A stretch of DNA of 63,815 nt, filler included, from Reclinomonas americana ATCC 50394 (lineage: Eukaryota): the NCBI GenBank assembly GCA_048213135.1. It is 20 parts of 20 records of this genome, joined end to end, with 100 filler letters (N's around TTAATTAATTAA, not from the genome) between each part and the next. Parts side by side here need not be neighbours in the genome. Positions count along the whole stretch, not along the records: positions 57,598 to 60,100 come from AFZH01018648.1; positions 60,201 to 63,815 come from AFZH01018649.1; 18 more parts are not named here. One strand, written 5' to 3'. Under the pieces are notes generated by a model. It was not told the DNA's origin. It ran no database searches and saw nothing but the letters and a program-made list of their open reading frames with translations. Each line of letters opens with the position of its first letter. Within the stretch, counting starts at the first letter, position 1. Shown here one piece after another: positions 58,817 through 63,815 of this stretch. The translations under genes were made by a program, and so were the position numbers.

Positions 58817-61800
58817 CTTTCTTTCATTCTGCTTGTCTCTGTGGAGTGGCGAGAGATGAAGCAGATGCACGAGGAGACACAGGAAACGCAGCGAAAGATG
58901 CAAGAGGAGATGAAACATGAGAAAACACATGAAGAGACACAAGAGGAAAACAAAAGGATCCTACAAGGCACAAGAGAACACAAGAGAACATGCAAGAGGG
59001 GAAGCAAGAAAGGAAGCTGCTGAGGAAACGAGCAAAGAGGCACGAAGGGGCGCAAGAGAACACACACAAGAAGCGACCAGAGATGCACGAAGAATATAAC
59101 ACGGGAGGCAAGAGGAGAAGTACGATGAGTTATTAGAGGAGACGCGTAGGAAAGCAAGCAACTGAAGTCAATAATAGAGAATAGGTGCAAGGAGAAACTG
59201 AAATGGTTTTCTAACACAAAAGACTCTGGAGAGAAAGAGAGGGAGAGAGAGAGAGAGAATGAAAGAAAGAAAGACAGACAGAGAGAGATGTTTTCCCTTT
59301 CTTCTCCTTTTGACTCCCACCCTTCCCCTCCCCCCTTTCCCCCTTTCCCCCTTTCCCCCCTTTCCCGCCTTTCCCCTTTCCCCTTTCCTCATCCCTCCCC
59401 TCCAGACTCCACGCCCTGCCCTTTGGAACCGCCCAAATGGTGGAGCGCATCCTCCTGCGCGATCGCCGCGGAGTGCTGACCCTCTTCCCCAACCCGCTCC
59501 ACCACCTCACTCTGCACACGCCGCTGGCGCGTGCACTGGCCGAAGTCGTGCAATTGGTGGCGCAGTGCGTCAAGTTGCCGATTCCGCCACCACCGGCCGC
59601 ATTATCATCATCATCACAACAACCGCAACAACAACAACAACAACTGTCGCAGTCACAGTCCCTTCCTCCACCGACAGTGGCCACGACCCCCGCACCCGGC
59701 GACCCGCAGTGTGCCTCGCCGGACGGCCACGGGGCGGAGCGCTCGCCGTCTGCCAGCTACGGCACCAACAACACGGGCGCAGCTCCGGCACGAGTGGCGC
59801 ACAACCTACATGTGCGCCTCGAGTCCGCCTTTGTCAATCTGCTGCAGGTGCTGCGGCAGTCGGAGCACGCACCGGCCGGTCACCTCACGGTTCCCACGCA
59901 ACCCGAGTTGCCGAAACCAGGTCGTGGTCGCATGTCACAGGACGACATTTCATTGAATGGCGGCGCCGCATTCGCCTCCAATGGTGCAGCGGCGGAGATG
60001 AATGGCTCCGGATTGGCGGCCACGATTCAGCGACGGGTGCGTCTTTTGCATTCTTTCCTTCTAGATCACCTCAATCTCTTACCAATCATTCATCAGCGCA
60101 NNNNNNNNNNNNNNNNNNNNNNNNNNNNNNNNNNNNNNNNNNNNTTAATTAATTAANNNNNNNNNNNNNNNNNNNNNNNNNNNNNNNNNNNNNNNNNNNN
60201 TTCGATGGTAGCGGCGCAGGTGCGAAGCGGCGTGGCGCACCGGTGGTGGCCCGCCAACACAAGCCACACCCGCTGCGTCACTCCGATCCGGAGGGCCACG
60301 CCGCCACGGTGGATCTTTCACATCTATCGTCGTCCCCGTTGTCGTCGTCCGCGGCAGCGGCGGCGGCACTTGATGCCGCGCACTCGCCGACCTCACCGCA
60401 GGCACCGATTCGCGGCAGTCGGCGTGGCGACGTCGCGGGACGAGGACCCGTTCGCAAGCATCACGCCTTCCATCAGCACCAGCAGCAGCATCCACACTTG
60501 GCTGTCACGCAGACTCGGTCGCTCTCGGAGGCCTCCAAGATGGCGGCGGCTCGTCCGCAAGATCCCTCCAGCAACTCGACTCACACGCAGATGCGAGCCC
60601 GTGCCATGCTCGGCGGCCATATTGGAGCGGCGCCTGGTTCCATGGCGTCTGGTGCTAGTCCAGCTGCTGCCGCTGCTGCTGGCGGCGCATCAGTGGGTGG
60701 CGCAGCAGCTGCCTCCGCCGGTCCTGCTGCGGCGGCTGTGGCGCCGTTTGGCGTCAGCGGCAGTCGCATGAGCCAGGCGGCATCTCGTGCGCAGCCGAAT
60801 CTCGACAGCTCGGCCGCAGAGGCGGTTCTGCGCCTCTACCTGCAGGTGTCCATCCAGTACCCGGGTGCGGCGGCCTCCACCCTGGCGGCCATTCTGTACT
60901 CGTCGCCACCTCCCGCCTCCTCCTCCTCCACGTCGTCGTCGTCTCCTCCGCATCAGTTGCAGTCTGACCGCCCGTCGACCGTGTCTGTGGTCGAGCAGTC
61001 GTGGTGGTTGTCGCGAGTGGCTCCGTTGCACCAACGTGCAAGTGTGAGCGAGCGACCTCTGGAGGCGCGCACCGGGTGGCACCGCTGGCGTTTGCACGAA
61101 CGGTACACCCGTCAGGCGTTGCTGATCGATCATCACGTCCTGCGCGAGTTGGAGGTCATTCTCCCGCGCCTGTGCAACTCGTACCTGCCGTCGGCGGCGG
61201 CCGGCCACGGCATTGGGTCCAGCTTGTCGCACGCCAGCGCGCGTCTGCTGCGGAGTGCCACCAGCAGACGTGGCATGCAGTCGCCGTCGTCGGTGACGTC
61301 TTCCATGTTTGACGGCTTGAGTCCGCGAGCCTTGTCGCCGCGGCTCCAATCCCCCTCGTCGCGATCCGCCGTGCCACTCGACTCCGATGGACCGGGGCAC
61401 GTTTTGGGTGCCATGGATGTGCCTCTCATCATGTGCTCGGGGCCGGACTCGGGCGGAGCCGAGATGCGTCGTGCGTTTACCGGTAGTCGGCCTGGATCGA
61501 GGTGAGTTTATTGATCTTCTCGCCGTCCTTTTGTCGAGTGTCGAGTGTCTGACCTCTGTCTCCAGCACGTCACGCCTCTCGACGGTGGCCGCATTCACGG
61601 GCTTTGCGGCGCCGTACCGCCATGCACCAGTGTCGGCGGGAGTCGGCGACGGTGGCTCGGCGAGTCATTTGATGGGTACACATTGTGCGTTGATTGCAGG
61701 CTGTGGTGGCGGCACCGGCGGCGTCAACGGACTGTCCGACGGCAGTCTCTTGGATGCCACGCCGCAGTGCGGATGTTGGAAGGTTTGAGGATGCTTCTGG

Positions 61801-62295
61801 TGTCACTCTCTCTCTCTCTCCTCTCTCTCTCTCTTCTCCCTCATTCCCCCTTTCCCCTTCCCCTCTCTCTCCCTCTCCCTCTCTGTTTCCTTGTCGACTC
61901 ACTCACATCGCTGTCGCCAGTTTGCCCAACTCCACGAAGTCAGTGTCGATAACGCTCGAGCGCGACCGGGCGTGGCCAATGGATCCGGCGGCTGGTCGTT
62001 CCATGTGAACTACACGCTGGAGCGCGAGTGGTGCGACTGTGGCGTGCGAGGTGGCGCGCACGATGCCATGGTGCAATTCGGCGACTTGTCCGTGGTGGTG
62101 GACGAGAAGGGCATGCTGGTTCACGCCTCGGGCACGTCGGCGACTGGCGACTCGGTGCAGTGGGCAGTGGAGAACGAGAGCACGCCACCGAGTACGGCCT
62201 CGCTTGGCAAGGGTGGCGCCTCGGATGGCAATGGTGTCGGCGGTGTGCGTCGTCGCTCCGCAAACCCACTGTCGAACCCAGTCGAGCCCGGTTAA
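56301..62295 (+). CDS. F-box + leucine-rich-repeat protein with a long low-complexity C-terminus (multi-exon across gaps)
   Basis: F-box WNDGLPGEVLANVFSF...LVCRFW (~56600-56705). Many LxxLDLSxNxL repeats at 57620-58697. Further in-frame exons at 59406-60036, 60201-61501 and 61921-62295. Confidence 0.78.
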
Positions 62296-62446
62296 TCCTT
62301 TTCCTTTTTGTTATCTTTGTGTAATAATGTGTGCAAGTTTTGTGTGTGTGTGTGTTCTTGTTGTTGTGCCATTACCCTCCTGTTTATGATGTTGATGTGT
62401 CTCATTATATTAGTAGAAGTACATTTTTCTTTCTTTTTCACATCAC

Positions 62447-63739
62447 TTATGGTGGTGGTGGTAGTGGTGGCTGCCGCCGACTGCGCAAGTGTGCATCTCG
62501 TTTTCGCGAGACGCTGGAGAGCCGACTGCGAATGTCGTCGGGCAGCATGCGCTGTAGCACGGCCGCCACCAGCGACGTCTCCAGATCGATTTCCACCGGC
62601 TCGCCCGCCTCCTCGGTCTGCAGTTCGCAGACAGCGGCCAGCGCGCTGTTCGCCCACGCCAGCTCCACAGTGAGAGTGTCCACTGCGCCACGGCGGAGGT
62701 GAGAGAGAGAGAGAGAGATGAAGGGTCAAGAGATGAGCAGGCGACAAACCTGGGTCCACCAGTCGGTAGACCGTCACGTCGCCAAACGTGTCGCCGACCG
62801 CCACATGCACTCCGTCGCAAGAGACCGCCATGCGATCGATCAAAAGGTCCTCCTGGAGGACAGCCACGCAACGCATGTCGGCGGCGTTCCACAACTTGAT
62901 GTTGCGGTGATTGCTGCCGGAGATCACGTAGCGCGAGTTGCACATCCACCCCAGTCCCACAATGTAGCCCTCGTGACCCTGGCCCCACTCGCCACTCCAC
63001 GCCTCGCACTCATCCGTGTCCGGATTCGTCACCGCAAAGCGGCACTGCCGCGTGGCGTGCACGGTGCATACCAGACGCGGTTGTCGCTCCGTGCTCCACG
63101 CCACCATCGTGGCGTCGCCCTCGTGCTCCGGTAGGGGCACGAGTTTCGAGGGAAACTGCTCGTCGACCACCGTGTCGTCGCCAAGCGCCCGCACACTCCA
63201 TAACCTGACGGTGCCGTCGCGCGACGCCGACGCCAGCCACACGCCGTCTGGACTGAACGCCACATCCAGCACCAAGTCGGTGTGCGCCTCCAGCCGCCGA
63301 TGCAAGCCGCGAATGGCCGCCGTCTCCGGGTCCAGCGTGAACACAAAGAGGGCGGAGGAGCGGCCGCCGGTCACCAGCCAGCAGGCGTCGGGTGACACGG
63401 CCATGCACCACATGGTCGCCGTGCGGTGGTAGTTGACGCGGTTTACCAGCACGCCTTCCTTGGCGGACAGCTGAGGGGAGGGTGAGTGAGTGGAATGAGT
63501 AGGGAGAATGATGGGGAGAGATGGGGATGCGAAACATTGTAGGAGCAGAGGGGACCGTCGGATTGGAAGGTGGTGCCGGCGCAGGCGACGATTGCGGAGT
63601 CGGAGTTGGGGACGCAGACCAGCTGTGCGAGGAGAGAAGAGAGGGATGAGAAGGGAAGGGAGAGGGAGGGAGAGGAAGCCTTTCTCACAGTTTCCACGAA
63701 ATAGTCAAAGGCAAACAGAGCAAATCGCGGGCACGACAA

Positions 63740-63740
<1 letters not shown>
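62447..63740 (-). CDS. Intron-containing WD40 protein with a helical tail related to the WD40 array tail; 5' end not in view
   Basis: WD repeats HTDLVLDVAFSPDGVWLASASRDGTVRLW and GHEGYIVGLGW...IKLW. An intron at ~62683-62749 joins VDP|VDTLTVELAWANSALAAVCELQ...MLPDDIR. Confidence 0.8.
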
Positions 63741-63809
<69 letters not shown>

Positions 63810-63815
63810 GAAGAA

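Overview
This is eukaryotic genomic DNA from an intron-rich, microsatellite-rich microbial eukaryote. It is probably flagellated or centriole-bearing (a CEP164-type WW module is present), but I cannot identify the taxon. The window holds 20 contigs joined by 19 artificial 100-nt spacers (N44-TTAATTAATTAA-N44). Several genes splice in phase across the spacers, so many neighbouring contigs are in true scaffold order. Genes read by hand: a ~12-kb beta-helix + Cys-rich + multi-TM receptor; five intronless HET-E-like WD40 genes with a shared C-terminal helical tail, plus an intron-containing relative; an SDR with eroded catalytic motifs; a Crinkler-type P-loop NTPase + PD-(D/E)XK nuclease; duplicated glycine-zipper membrane genes; a caspase/metacaspase-like gene; a DENN protein; OST48/WBP1; an intronless TPR gene; and a probable CEP164-WW/F-box/LRR gene. 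There is also an RLE non-LTR retrotransposon remnant and many repeats. The two most striking signals are (1) at least 11 introns in 7 unrelated genes that start with an atypical 'shifted' donor, GTTGCG, and (2) an expanding, surface-variable WD40 + adaptor-tail family lying among conflict/cell-death-type genes. All gene models and family calls come from motif recognition by eye; no search was run.
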